Shown here: positions 29,828-39,101 of the stretch, piece by piece
Layout of the letters: every line of letters begins with the position of its first letter
Position numbering within the stretch: the first letter of the stretch is position 1
Origin: an uncultured Candidatus Binatia bacterium
GTDB lineage: Bacteria > Desulfobacterota > Binatia > UBA9968 > JAJDTQ01
Reading direction: 5' to 3'
NCBI GenBank assembly: GCA_965213675.1
Contig: OZ243916.1
Span: 3,072,001-3,136,000 of the forward strand
DNA length: 64,000 nt
Translations under genes and position numbers: made by a program
Notes under the pieces: model-generated
What the model was told of the DNA's origin: nothing
The model's database searches: none
The model's input: the letters and a program-made list of their open reading frames with translations, nothing else

Positions 29828-31369
29828 TCAGCCGCGCTCATCCTCCGACTCCTCGATCCTCGGGAACAGGATGCGTGGCGGCTGCACCTCGTGCCCTTCG
29901 GCGAACGAGCCGCCCCATTCGGTGCGGCGGCCGTCGGTGGCCGGCAACGCCAGAAGCTCCCGCACCGCCGCCCCGGTCTCGGGCAGGAACGGGCTCAGCA
30001 ATTCGCCGGTGATGCGCACGCCTTCCAGCAGGTGGTGCAGGATCTCCCCCACCCGCGGCTTCTGGTCGGGGTCCTTGACCAGGGTGAAGGGCGCGGTCTG
30101 CACGATGTACTGGTTGGCCCGGTCCAGGGCGGCGAATATCGCTTCCAGCGCCCGGTGGAAGGCCATGTCCTCCATGTACCGGTCCACGGTGGCCGCCGCT
30201 GTCTGGAAAGCCTCCCTGAGCTCGCGGTCCTCGGCCTGTTCACTGTCGCCCATGGGCTGCACCACGCTGCCGAAGTAACGCTTCTGCATGGCGAGAACCC
30301 GGCTCACCAGGTTGCCGAAGTTGTTGGCCAGATCGGCGTTGACCCGGTTGATGAACGCGTCCATGGAAAAGGCCGCGTCCTGGCCGAACACCATTTCCCG
30401 CAGCAGGTAGTAGCGGAACGCATCCATGCCGTAACGTTCCTTCATTTCCAGCGGCCGGATGACATTGCCCAGACTCTTGGACATCTTGCCCTTGTCCATG
30501 ATCCAGTAGCCGTGCACCTTGAGCCGGCGGTAGAGCGGCAGCCCCGCCGCCATGAGCATGGTGGGCCAGTAGATGGCGTGGGGTTTGAGAATGTCCTTGG
30601 CGATGATGTGATTGCAGCAGGGCCAGTAGGCGTCGAGGGACTCCGCGCCCTTGTGCTCCAGCGCGCTCACGTAGTTGATGAGCGCGTCGAACCAGACGTA
30701 GGTGACATAGTCCGGGTCGAAGGGCAACGGGATACCCCATTGCAACCGGCTCTTGGGCCGGGAGATGCACAGGTCTTCCAGGGGCTCGCGCAGCAGCGCC
30801 AGCACCTCGGTGCGGTAGCTCTGCGGCGTGACGAACTCCGGGTTCTCCTCGAGGTGCTGGAGCAGCCGGTCCTGGTACTTGCCCATGCGGAAGAAGTAGT
30901 TTTTCTCCTCGATAAAGGCCGCCTCAGTCTGGTGGTCCGGGCACTTGCCGTCCTGCAGCTCCTTCTCGGTGAAGAAGCGCTCGCAGCCGTAGCAGTAGAA
31001 ACCGCCGTATTCCCCGAAGTAAATGTCGCCGGCGTCGTAGATGTGCTGGAGGATCCGGCTCACCGTGGCCTTGTGATACTCGTCGGTGGTGCGGATGAAG
31101 TAGTCGTAGGCGATTCCGCAGGTGTCCCAGGTGGAACGGAACAGTCCGCTGATCCGGTCCGCGTAGGTCTTGGGATCGATGTCGTCCGCGGCGGCCGCCT
31201 GGGCGATCTTGTCGCCGTGTTCGTCGGTGCCGGTGAGGAAGAAGACATCCCGGCCGCGCATCCGGTGGTAGCGCTTCAGCGTGTCCGCGATGATGGTCGT
31301 GTAGGTGTGCCCGAGATGCGGCTGGGCGTTCACGTAGTAGATCGGCGTGGTGAAGTATATGCGGTCCAT
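29828..31369 (-). CDS. metG: Methionyl-tRNA synthetase (short form without the C-terminal OB domain)
   Basis: TTPIYYVN.QPHLGH, GTDEHG, Zn knuckle CYGC...CPDH, YVWFDAL, KMSKS motifs. Confidence 0.97.
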   Translation of the reverse strand: MDRIYFTTPIYYVNAQPHLGHTYTTIIADTLKRYHRMRGRDVFFLTGTDEHGDKIAQAAAADDIDPKTYADRISGLFRSTWDTCGIAYDYFIRTTDEYHKATVSRILQHIYDAGDIYFGEYGGFYCYGCERFFTEKELQDGKCPDHQTEAAFIEEKNYFFRMGKYQDRLLQHLEENPEFVTPQSYRTEVLALLREPLEDLCISRPKSRLQWGIPLPFDPDYVTYVWFDALINYVSALEHKGAESLDAYWPCCNHIIAKDILKPHAIYWPTMLMAAGLPLYRRLKVHGYWIMDKGKMSKSLGNVIRPLEMKERYGMDAFRYYLLREMVFGQDAAFSMDAFINRVNADLANNFGNLVSRVLAMQKRYFGSVVQPMGDSEQAEDRELREAFQTAAATVDRYMEDMAFHRALEAIFAALDRANQYIVQTAPFTLVKDPDQKPRVGEILHHLLEGVRITGELLSPFLPETGAAVRELLALPATDGRRTEWGGSFAEGHEVQPPRILFPRIEESEDERG

Positions 31370-31544
31370 GACGGTGGTGCGGTCCCCTCGATCTCAGGAT
31401 GGCGCCGGTCGCCTGCTCCTCTCCGAGGCCCCAGGGCGAACGGGGTCGATAATGGCGAATTCTCCTCAAATCCGCCCGAAACTGGCCTCTGTCCCTCGCT
31501 TCGATCCGGCGAACCCGACACGCGCGTGGATCAGAGAATGTTCG

Positions 31545-31616
31545 CCAGGAGCTTGCGCCGTAGGGGCGGATGAGAGCGAATTCGCAGCGGTGAATTCCTA
31601 CGGCGCAAGCTCCCAG
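31545..31616. mobile_element. 64-bp mini-element with 16-bp perfect TIR and CCAG target duplication
   Basis: CCAG-GAGCTTGCGCCGTAGG...CCTACGGCGCAAGCTC-CCAG. Confidence 0.65.
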
Positions 31617-31625
31617 GCTTGCGTG

Positions 31626-32618
31626 TCATCCGTGTTGGCCCACGATACCGGGAATGAAACCCTCCAGAACCATGCGCCGGTTGAAGTTCCGGTGAATGGC
31701 CCGGGTCACGCGGTCGATCTCGGCCAGGGCCGCGGTGGATTCCTGCACCCGCCGGGCCGCGGCCGCCCGCTGGAGCGGCTCCAGCAGGTCCCGGTTGCAC
31801 ACGGTCGCCGCGGAGCCCGTGACCTGAAGCACCATGATGTCCCGTAGCCACCCGCGCACCCAGTCAAGGAACCGCAGCGTCTGTTCGCGGTCCTTGCCCA
31901 TCTCCTCGGCCAACGCCGAGATGCCCCGCGCGTCGTCGGGCGAGAGTGCCGCCAGCCGGTGGAAGCACTCCCTGCGCTTTTCCAGGAGCGCCTCGTCCTC
32001 GCCCGCCAATGCTTTGCCGAGGCTCCCGTAGCTGAGACTGGCCAGCAACATCGCCCGGTCCTCGGTCATGTCCTGGCGACGCATGACGATGGCGGCCACC
32101 TGTTCCACCGTCAAAGGGAAGAAGGGCAGCCGCAGGCAGCGCGACAGCACCGTGGGCAGCACGCCGCCGGTGCTGTCCGCGATGAGAATGAGCAGCGAAT
32201 GGTCCGGCGGCTCCTCCAGCGTCTTGAGCAGCGCATTCTGGGCATGCAGGTTCATGAGCGTCAACGGGTCGATGACGGCGACTTTCATCTTCCCGTTGAA
32301 ACGGTGCAGCGCCAACCGTTGCTGCAGCTCCCGCACCTGCTCGATGGTGATGTCGCGCTTGCCCTTGCGCGGTTCCAGATAATGCACGTCCGGGTGGTTG
32401 TCGTGCGCAATGGCCTGGCAACTCGCGCACGCGCCGCACGCGGCGCCGGCCGTACACTGAACCGCAGCCGTCAGCGCCGTGGCGACGGTCCGCTTCCCCG
32501 TGCCCTCGGGGCCGACGAACAGGTAGGCATGGTGCAGCCGATCCCCTTCGACGGCGCGCCGCAGCAACGCGATCTGCCCCGCGTGACCGATGATTTCCTC
32601 AAAGCCGGGCAACCTCAT
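31626..32618 (-). CDS. holB: DNA polymerase III subunit delta'
   Basis: HAYLFVGPEGTGK, CGACASC, HPDV, AQNALLKTLEEPP, LPTVLSRC motifs. Confidence 0.95.
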   Translation of the reverse strand: MRLPGFEEIIGHAGQIALLRRAVEGDRLHHAYLFVGPEGTGKRTVATALTAAVQCTAGAACGACASCQAIAHDNHPDVHYLEPRKGKRDITIEQVRELQQRLALHRFNGKMKVAVIDPLTLMNLHAQNALLKTLEEPPDHSLLILIADSTGGVLPTVLSRCLRLPFFPLTVEQVAAIVMRRQDMTEDRAMLLASLSYGSLGKALAGEDEALLEKRRECFHRLAALSPDDARGISALAEEMGKDREQTLRFLDWVRGWLRDIMVLQVTGSAATVCNRDLLEPLQRAAAARRVQESTAALAEIDRVTRAIHRNFNRRMVLEGFIPGIVGQHG

Positions 32619-32751
32619 CCCTCGCAAGTCGTCATCGTCGAGCCAAGGCCATCATGGAGTACCGCAAGTCCTCCATTCCCGCGTCAATGTATTTTCGAGA
32701 CAGCCGAAGATCACGCCAATGAACCCCTCGCCAGCGTGCCGGTTCCGGTGC

Positions 32752-33405
32752 TCACGCGCCGCCGCCGGCCCATGCGCCCAGCCGCTCCTCGACGATGCGC
32801 CGCACCTGCTGCTGTGTGTCGTCGGCCGGCCCCTCCGAGTTGACCACGTGGCAGCGCCCCGGATCGGCTTCGGCCAGCTTGAGGAACCCGTCGCGGACCC
32901 GGCGCTGAAAGGCAACGCCCTCGGCTTCGAACCGGTCTTCGCGCGCCGACCGCGGATCCGTTCGCGTTCCCGCCCGCGCCAGCGCCAGCTCCGCGGGACA
33001 GTCCAGGATGATCGTCAACTCGGGCATGGTCCCGCCCGTCGCTTCGTGGTTCAATCGCCGCAGCAGGTCGAGGTCCATGCCGCGGCCGTAACCCTGGTAG
33101 GCCAGGGTGGAATCGGTGAAACGGTCGGACACCACCAGACTGCCTTCTTCGAGGGCGGGCCGGACCACGTCCCGGACGTGCTGCGCCCGGTCGGCGAGAA
33201 TCATGAACAACTCGGCCTCCCGGCAAGGGGCGTTGGGGCCGCGCTCCAGCACAAGCCTGCGCAGTTCTTTGCCCAACGGCGTGTCGCCCGGCTCCCGGGT
33301 CAGCAGGCTCGGTATTTGCCGTGTGCGCAGGTACTGGTGGAGCCACTGGATGTGCCAGCTTTTCCCCGAGCCGTCGCTTCCCTCGATGGTCAAAAAACGC
33401 AGCAT
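32752..33405 (-). CDS. tmk: Thymidylate kinase
   Basis: TIEGSDGSGKS, TREPG, DRFTDSTLAYQGYGRG, DRFE motifs. Confidence 0.95.
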   Translation of the reverse strand: MLRFLTIEGSDGSGKSWHIQWLHQYLRTRQIPSLLTREPGDTPLGKELRRLVLERGPNAPCREAELFMILADRAQHVRDVVRPALEEGSLVVSDRFTDSTLAYQGYGRGMDLDLLRRLNHEATGGTMPELTIILDCPAELALARAGTRTDPRSAREDRFEAEGVAFQRRVRDGFLKLAEADPGRCHVVNSEGPADDTQQQVRRIVEERLGAWAGGGA

Positions 33406-33527
33406 TCCATGGCCGGGAGAACGCCCCCCGCATGAGAGGGATTTTACACGAGAACGGGACGGCTGCCCAACCGCAGCGATCAGCGTCAGACGCACCGGCG
33501 GGTCAGTGACGTGAAATGCAATGCGGA

Positions 33528-34034
33528 TCAGCCGCGAACCGACTCAGCGTGGCGCCGCAGCACGTACAGGCCGTCCGGCGTGAAGGGCTGGGACGCCGCG
33601 GCCTGAAAGACCGCCTCCACCGTCATGAACGCGCCGCTCTCCACCTCTTCCTCCTGGAGGGTCACCGGCCCGTCGTAGACGCAGCGGTAGGCCGCTCCCC
33701 ACACGCGGCTGTGGTCGCCGGCATGGTAGAACTTGAACAGGCTCTCCAGCGGGACGTCGCGGATGCCCATCTCTTCCTCCAACTCGCGTGTCGCGCCGTC
33801 GAGGTAGTTCTCCCCCGCCAGCACCACGCCGCCGGCCGCGGGGTCGTAGTATCCGGGGAACACGTCCTTGGTCCGGGTGCGTTTCTGCACGTAGATCTCG
33901 CCGCGCGAGTTGTAGACGAGGATGTAGGTGCAGCGGTGGGGCAGCCGCCGGGCGCGCATCTCTCGCCGCGGCGCGGCTCCCACGACACGGTTGTCCTCGT
34001 CCACGATGGCCACGATTTCATCGCCCGGATCCAC
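33528..34034 (-). CDS. NUDIX hydrolase (YfcD/IDI-like)
   Basis: GGVVLAGENYLDGATRELEEEMGI Nudix box; QKRTRTKDVFPGYYD; start codon uncertain. Confidence 0.88.
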   Translation of the reverse strand: MDPGDEIVAIVDEDNRVVGAAPRREMRARRLPHRCTYILVYNSRGEIYVQKRTRTKDVFPGYYDPAAGGVVLAGENYLDGATRELEEEMGIRDVPLESLFKFYHAGDHSRVWGAAYRCVYDGPVTLQEEEVESGAFMTVEAVFQAAASQPFTPDGLYVLRRHAESVRG

Positions 34035-34159
34035 AGGGCGGGACGGTAGCCGCCGGCACTTGGCCTTGTCAACCGGAGCGCCTGAAGCGTCAAAGGCATT
34101 CAAGAGTCCGGTTTACTCCTCGACAGGCCCGCTTCTCCCCTCCCGTCGTTCTCCCCTTC

Positions 34160-34200
34160 CGTCGTTCCCGCATTCGCGGCAGTCTTTCGCGGGAATGACG
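34160..34200. repeat. REP-like palindrome (GTCATTCCCGC...GCGGGAAT family)
   Basis: cgtcgttcccgc...gcgggaatgacg; same family at ~29797, 36336-36388, 42194-42282 and 52193-52286. Confidence 0.7.
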
Positions 34201-34219
34201 ATTCGGGGCGTTCCCGCTT

Positions 34220-35080
34220 TCACAGCGCTGTCAGCACCACGCCCCCCGCACAGATCAACAGGGCGCCGATGACCGCCTTGGACGTGACCCGTTCCTGCTC
34301 CTTGAGCAGCAGGTGGGTGAACGCCACCGAGAACAGGGGCGTGGTGGCGATCAGAGGATCCACCAGCACCACGTCGCCGCGGCTCAGGGCCAGCATGTAG
34401 GAGGTGATGCCGCAACTCGTCACCAGACCCGACAGGCCGAACCACATCACCGCCCTGCGGTTGATGTTCAGATCGCGGTAGCCCCGCGCGGCTATCAGGT
34501 AGACCCCCAGGCCGCTGACGCTTCCCATGATCGTGAGACTGATGGCCAACGGCACCGAAGTGATCATGGAATAGCCGAACTTGCGGATGGGACTGGCGAT
34601 GCCTCCCAGGATCGAAGCGCCGAGGGCGAACAGCAGGTCGCGTTTGCGGAAGGCGGTGAGCGCCCTGGCATCGCGCATTCCGAGGATCGTCGCGCCCAGG
34701 ATGATCAGCACGGTGCCGCCAGCCAGTGTCGGCGTCCACTGCTCGCCCAGCCATGCCACCGCCACCACGCCCGCGAACAGCGGCGAGGTATTCCTGAGGG
34801 GCGAGGCGCGGGCCACGCCCACCCGGGAAATGGCGGCGTAGAACAGGAACTGGGTGATGAGCGGGGCCACGGCTCCGGCCAGCATGAACCAGCCCACCGC
34901 GGGCACGGCCGCCTGCGTCCAGTCGGCCCAGGGACCCATGACCGCCAGCAGGACCGTGCCCATGGTGATGATGTTGCAAGTGATGGCGGTGGTGGTGGAG
35001 CCCGTGCGCAGGCCATAGCGCACCAGGATGTGGGCGAAGCCGAAGAAGAATGCGGCTCCCAGGGCGGTCAGTGTTGCCAT
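34220..35080 (-). CDS. EamA/DMT-family transporter
   Basis: About ten hydrophobic segments in two EamA-like halves; AISRVGVARASPL and LLLKEQERVT. Confidence 0.88.
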   Translation of the reverse strand: MATLTALGAAFFFGFAHILVRYGLRTGSTTTAITCNIITMGTVLLAVMGPWADWTQAAVPAVGWFMLAGAVAPLITQFLFYAAISRVGVARASPLRNTSPLFAGVVAVAWLGEQWTPTLAGGTVLIILGATILGMRDARALTAFRKRDLLFALGASILGGIASPIRKFGYSMITSVPLAISLTIMGSVSGLGVYLIAARGYRDLNINRRAVMWFGLSGLVTSCGITSYMLALSRGDVVLVDPLIATTPLFSVAFTHLLLKEQERVTSKAVIGALLICAGGVVLTAL

Positions 35081-35315
35081 ATGCAAGTGGGACAGGCGGA
35101 TCGCGAAGGCGTCAACGCAGGCGGCCTGTCACGCATGAATCGCCGGCAAGAGGCGCCAGCAAGAGGGATCAGCGGACTACGTGACAGGCTGTCAGGCCGG
35201 CTCACTATACAATACCGGCCGTGCATAGGCTAATCTGTCCCCGGGTGGCGAAAGAAACCCCCGGATGGTTCAGCGTATTTGCGAAACGCAACAGCAAATC
35301 CAGGAGAACGACGAC

Positions 35316-36302
35316 ATGACCTATGATGACCGCAGCGTGAAACCCATGAGCTCCAGCCTGTTGCGGGCGCAGATCGGCACCAAGCTTCTGGCCGGCCTTT
35401 ACGACTGGGTGCCGACCATGATGACCAGCGCCATCCGGCTGTACGTGGACCTGCCGGGCTCCGCGGCCACCGAAGGCCCACCCTTCGCCTTCAACATCGC
35501 CATCAGCCCGGCGTGGTGCAGCGGCATCCAGGGGGCGCGCCTGGTGGGCCGGCGCAAGATCGACATCGCATGGCTCAACCCTTCGGTGATCCCGGCCATG
35601 GCGTATCACGGCCGCGGCCCGTTCCGGAAACCGCTGCCCTTGCGCGCGCTGGCGGTGTTCCCGTCCTACGACCGCCTGGTGGTGGCCGTGGCACGCAAGT
35701 GGGACATACGCTCCATGGACGACCTCAAGCGGAAGCGGCCCGCCCTGACAGTGTCGGTGGCCACCAACGATTGCGTCGATTTCGCCATCGGCGCGTTGCT
35801 GCGCGCCCATGGCATGAGCCTCAAGACTTTCGAGGAATGGGGCGGCGTGGTGGAGCCGGTGGTGCGGCCCAGCAACCCGCGCCGTTTGGAAGGGATCGCG
35901 TCCGGCGAGGTCGACGCGGTCATCGACGAGGGCCTCACTTCGTGGGCCAAAACCGCGGTGGAGCACGAAATGGCTTTCCTGCACCTGGCTCCCAAGGCGA
36001 TGGCGCGGCTCCAGCGCTACGGTTTCACCCATGCGCCCCTGAGCGGCCCCCTGTTCGACGGCAAGCTGCCCGAGCCCGTCACCGCCGTGGATTTCAGCGG
36101 CTGGCCCATCGTCACCCACGCCGACCTGCCCGACGAACTCGCCTGCCAAGTGGTGGGGGCTATCGCGCGCATGCGCGAGGACATCGGCTACGACACCCCC
36201 GGTGTGCCGCCCATGAGCCAATTCTGCAGCGACACCCCCGACGGCCCGCTGGACCTGCCGCTCCACCCGGGCGCGGAGCGGTACTACAGGGAACAGGGGT
36301 GA
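35316..36302 (+). CDS. TAXI-family TRAP solute-binding-like protein (orphan)
   Basis: LRALAVFP, GEVDAVI, PLHPGAERYYREQG C-terminal signature; AGGAG RBS; no evident signal peptide. Confidence 0.8.
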   Translation: MTYDDRSVKPMSSSLLRAQIGTKLLAGLYDWVPTMMTSAIRLYVDLPGSAATEGPPFAFNIAISPAWCSGIQGARLVGRRKIDIAWLNPSVIPAMAYHGRGPFRKPLPLRALAVFPSYDRLVVAVARKWDIRSMDDLKRKRPALTVSVATNDCVDFAIGALLRAHGMSLKTFEEWGGVVEPVVRPSNPRRLEGIASGEVDAVIDEGLTSWAKTAVEHEMAFLHLAPKAMARLQRYGFTHAPLSGPLFDGKLPEPVTAVDFSGWPIVTHADLPDELACQVVGAIARMREDIGYDTPGVPPMSQFCSDTPDGPLDLPLHPGAERYYREQG

Positions 36303-36335
36303 CCGCGGCCACCGGCCAGTAGGTCCCTCTCTCTC

Positions 36336-36388
36336 TGGATTCCCGCTTTCGTGGGAATGACTGCTTCGTAACTGTCGCGGGAATGGCG
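36336..36388. repeat. REP-like repeat (GGATTCCCGC...GGGAATGAC family)
   Basis: ctggattcccgctttcgtgggaatgac followed by a partial second copy. Confidence 0.7.
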
Positions 36389-36466
36389 TTTCGTAAAGTT
36401 TCCGATAACTGAGGTGGTCGTCTCTCTCGTCGTCCCCGCACGCGCACCCGTACAGCTTGAGGCTGG

Positions 36467-38182
36467 TTACGCCGAGCAGATGACGTTGATCACTGCTTGG
36501 CGCTTTTCCACTTCCACGGCCCTGAGCCCGCGCTCCAGGGCGGGTAGGAGGTCGGCGGGATTTTCCACCCGTTCGCCGTAGCCGTCCGCCACCTCCACCG
36601 CCTTTTCGTACTTGTCCACGGCGTTGAGCATGGTGATGGGCTGGTGGTCGCTCTGGGCGGCGTAGCCCTCGGGGTTGAGTCCCACGGTGGCGCGGCGCAC
36701 GGCCTGCCAGCGCTGGTTGTTGAAGATGATTGTGAGGTGCGGCAGCTTCTGCTCCGCCGCCACGTAGTGGCTGGCGATGGGATTGCCGAACATGTAGGAG
36801 CCGTCGCCGTGGGTGCCGATGACCAGCCGGTCGGGAGCGGCGAGCTTGGCGCCCAGGGCGACGCCGAGGCCGTGCCCCAAGCCCGAGGCGGCGCCGGCGT
36901 TGAGCAGCGTGCCCGGCTGGCTGATGTCGATATGTGTGGACGCCAGGGCCGATTCCTTCACCACGATGGTGTCGTTGCCCTTGATCTGGTTGATGCATTG
37001 GGTGAGCCAGATGGGATGGATGGGGGTGTTGTCCTTCACGTGGTCCAGGCGTTTGGCCCAGCCGTCGCGCTGCGTTTGCCACATTTCCGCCAAAGCGCTC
37101 CGGCGCTGGTCGATGCGCGGCCGGACCCGCGCCTCGTGACTGGACATGGCCTCGTTCAGCACGGCGAGGCCGGCGTCAGTGGCGCACGCCAACGCGATGT
37201 CGCAGGGATGGCCGCGCAGCGGCACGTAGCTGTGCAGCGGGTCCGCGCCCATGTGGATGACCTTGGCGTCGTCCCGCACCTTGTCCGTGGCGGGTAGCCA
37301 CGGCACCGCCACGTCCACCACCAGGATCACGTCCGCCTGGCCCAGGAGCGGGTTCAGGTCGTAGCCCAGGTTCATGGGGTGGCTGGTGGGCAGCGACATG
37401 TAGCGGTTGCGGTACTGCACCACCGGGATGGCGTAGCGCTCGGCCAGGGCGCCCAGGGGTTCCCACACCTTGGGGTTTCGCCCCGCCCAGTTGGTGATGA
37501 TGAGCGGATTTTCGGCGCCCGCCAGCAGCGCCGCCGCCTCGTCCGTGGCCGCGGCGTTGGGATAGGGAGGCGCGGCCGCGTGCTGGCGCCCAGGGGACTC
37601 GTAGGTGAACTCGTCCAGTCGTTCCGCGAGCACTTCCCGGGGAAGGCTCAGGTAGACCGGTCCCGTGGGCTCGCTCTTGGCCACCGCCAGCGCGCGGTCC
37701 ACGATGGTCTCGGTCTGTTTGCCGTTGCGCAGTTCGTAGTCCCACTTGGCGGCCTCACGCACCATGGAGGCCTGGTCGAACATCTCCTGGGTCCAGTGGA
37801 TGTCCAGGCTCCGGTGGCCGTCGAGACCTTCCTCGTTGGTGGGCGTCCGGCCCGCGGTGAAGAGCATGGGAATGTTGCCGCGGGCGGCGTTCAGAAACCC
37901 GTTCATGCCGTTGGCGGTGCCCACGTTGACGTGCACCATCACCGCCTGGGGCTTCCCCGTTACCAGGTAGTAGCCGATGGCCATGTGCATCGCCGTGTTC
38001 TCGTGGGGGCAGGTGACCGGCTGGGGAATGCGCGTCTCCAGCGATTGCGCCTTGGCCATGGCCTCCACGATGGGCGCGAAGTCCGTGCCCGCGTTGGCAA
38101 AGAAATAATCCACGCCCCGGTCCGCCAGAAGCGCCAGATAGGCATCCGCCACGGTCACGTTCAACAGGGTTGTCTTGGCCAT
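36467..38182 (-). CDS. Thiamine diphosphate-requiring enzyme (acetolactate synthase-like)
   Basis: FANAGTDFAPI, CPHENTA, HVNVGTAN motifs; ThDP motif GDGSY...NN. Confidence 0.92.
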   Translation of the reverse strand: MAKTTLLNVTVADAYLALLADRGVDYFFANAGTDFAPIVEAMAKAQSLETRIPQPVTCPHENTAMHMAIGYYLVTGKPQAVMVHVNVGTANGMNGFLNAARGNIPMLFTAGRTPTNEEGLDGHRSLDIHWTQEMFDQASMVREAAKWDYELRNGKQTETIVDRALAVAKSEPTGPVYLSLPREVLAERLDEFTYESPGRQHAAAPPYPNAAATDEAAALLAGAENPLIITNWAGRNPKVWEPLGALAERYAIPVVQYRNRYMSLPTSHPMNLGYDLNPLLGQADVILVVDVAVPWLPATDKVRDDAKVIHMGADPLHSYVPLRGHPCDIALACATDAGLAVLNEAMSSHEARVRPRIDQRRSALAEMWQTQRDGWAKRLDHVKDNTPIHPIWLTQCINQIKGNDTIVVKESALASTHIDISQPGTLLNAGAASGLGHGLGVALGAKLAAPDRLVIGTHGDGSYMFGNPIASHYVAAEQKLPHLTIIFNNQRWQAVRRATVGLNPEGYAAQSDHQPITMLNAVDKYEKAVEVADGYGERVENPADLLPALERGLRAVEVEKRQAVINVICSA

Positions 38183-38500
38183 CTCATTCCTTCCTTGTGG
38201 TTGAGGGTGAAAGTCCTCTCCCGCGCTACCATGCATCGGGCTCGCGGCTATTGGTATATGATAAAGGAATGACGGGCAAGGCGGTGGTCTGCGGTTCGTG
38301 GTTGCCGGGCAGCGTTCAATGGGCGGTGCTCGAGGGGGTCGGGAGCCGTGTACGGGTTCACGAAGCCCGTGACGCCTTGTCGGCGCCCCGTGTCGCGTCC
38401 CGAAAAATCCTGGGATAGAGATAGATTGCGCGGGGACCAGATCACGCGGGGACTGCTTGTTGTCCGCAAGGCGCGATGAAGGATCGGATCGGGAGAAAAC

Positions 38501-39031
38501 TTGGCCAAGGGATCGAAACGCATGCTTCCGAGAGTGCGGGTGGGGACGTCCACGATTCACGGGGACGGGCTTTTTGCGGGTGAACGGATCCGGAAGGGCC
38601 GTCGCATCATCGAGTACAAGGGCGAGAAAATCCCCGCCGGGGAGGGTCTGACCCGGTCCCGTGGGGACGACGAGCTCACCTACATCTTCAATCTCAGCGA
38701 CAAGTACGACGTGGACGGCTCGGTGAACGGCAATGAAGCGCGTTTCGCCAACCATTCCTGTGACGGCAACGCCTATGCCGACATCATCCGTAGCCGCATC
38801 TGGTTCATCGCGGAACGGGATATCGAGGACGGCGAGGAAATCACCTTCGACTACCGGCTCCAGGGCGACGAGATCTACCCGTGCGTGTGCGGCGCCGCGG
38901 AGTGTCGCGGCTACATGAACGACGCCGACGACGAGGTCGTGAAGACCGCCGCCGGCGATGCGTTCCGGGATGGCGGCCAGGAGCCTGCGGCGCCGGCTCC
39001 TGGCGCCAGAGACGCGCCTGAGCCGCCATGA
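38501..39031 (+). CDS. SET-domain lysine methyltransferase with post-SET Zn motif
   Basis: STIHGDGLFA, ARFANHSCDGN, EEITFDY, CVCGAAECRGYM motifs. Confidence 0.92.
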   Translation: MAKGSKRMLPRVRVGTSTIHGDGLFAGERIRKGRRIIEYKGEKIPAGEGLTRSRGDDELTYIFNLSDKYDVDGSVNGNEARFANHSCDGNAYADIIRSRIWFIAERDIEDGEEITFDYRLQGDEIYPCVCGAAECRGYMNDADDEVVKTAAGDAFRDGGQEPAAPAPGARDAPEPP

Positions 39032-39101
39032 CTCGTTCGTTCTGAGCGGCGCCCCGCGCCGGGGTCGGGACAGTCGTGGACACGTGAAGTTCAAGGGACC
39101 C

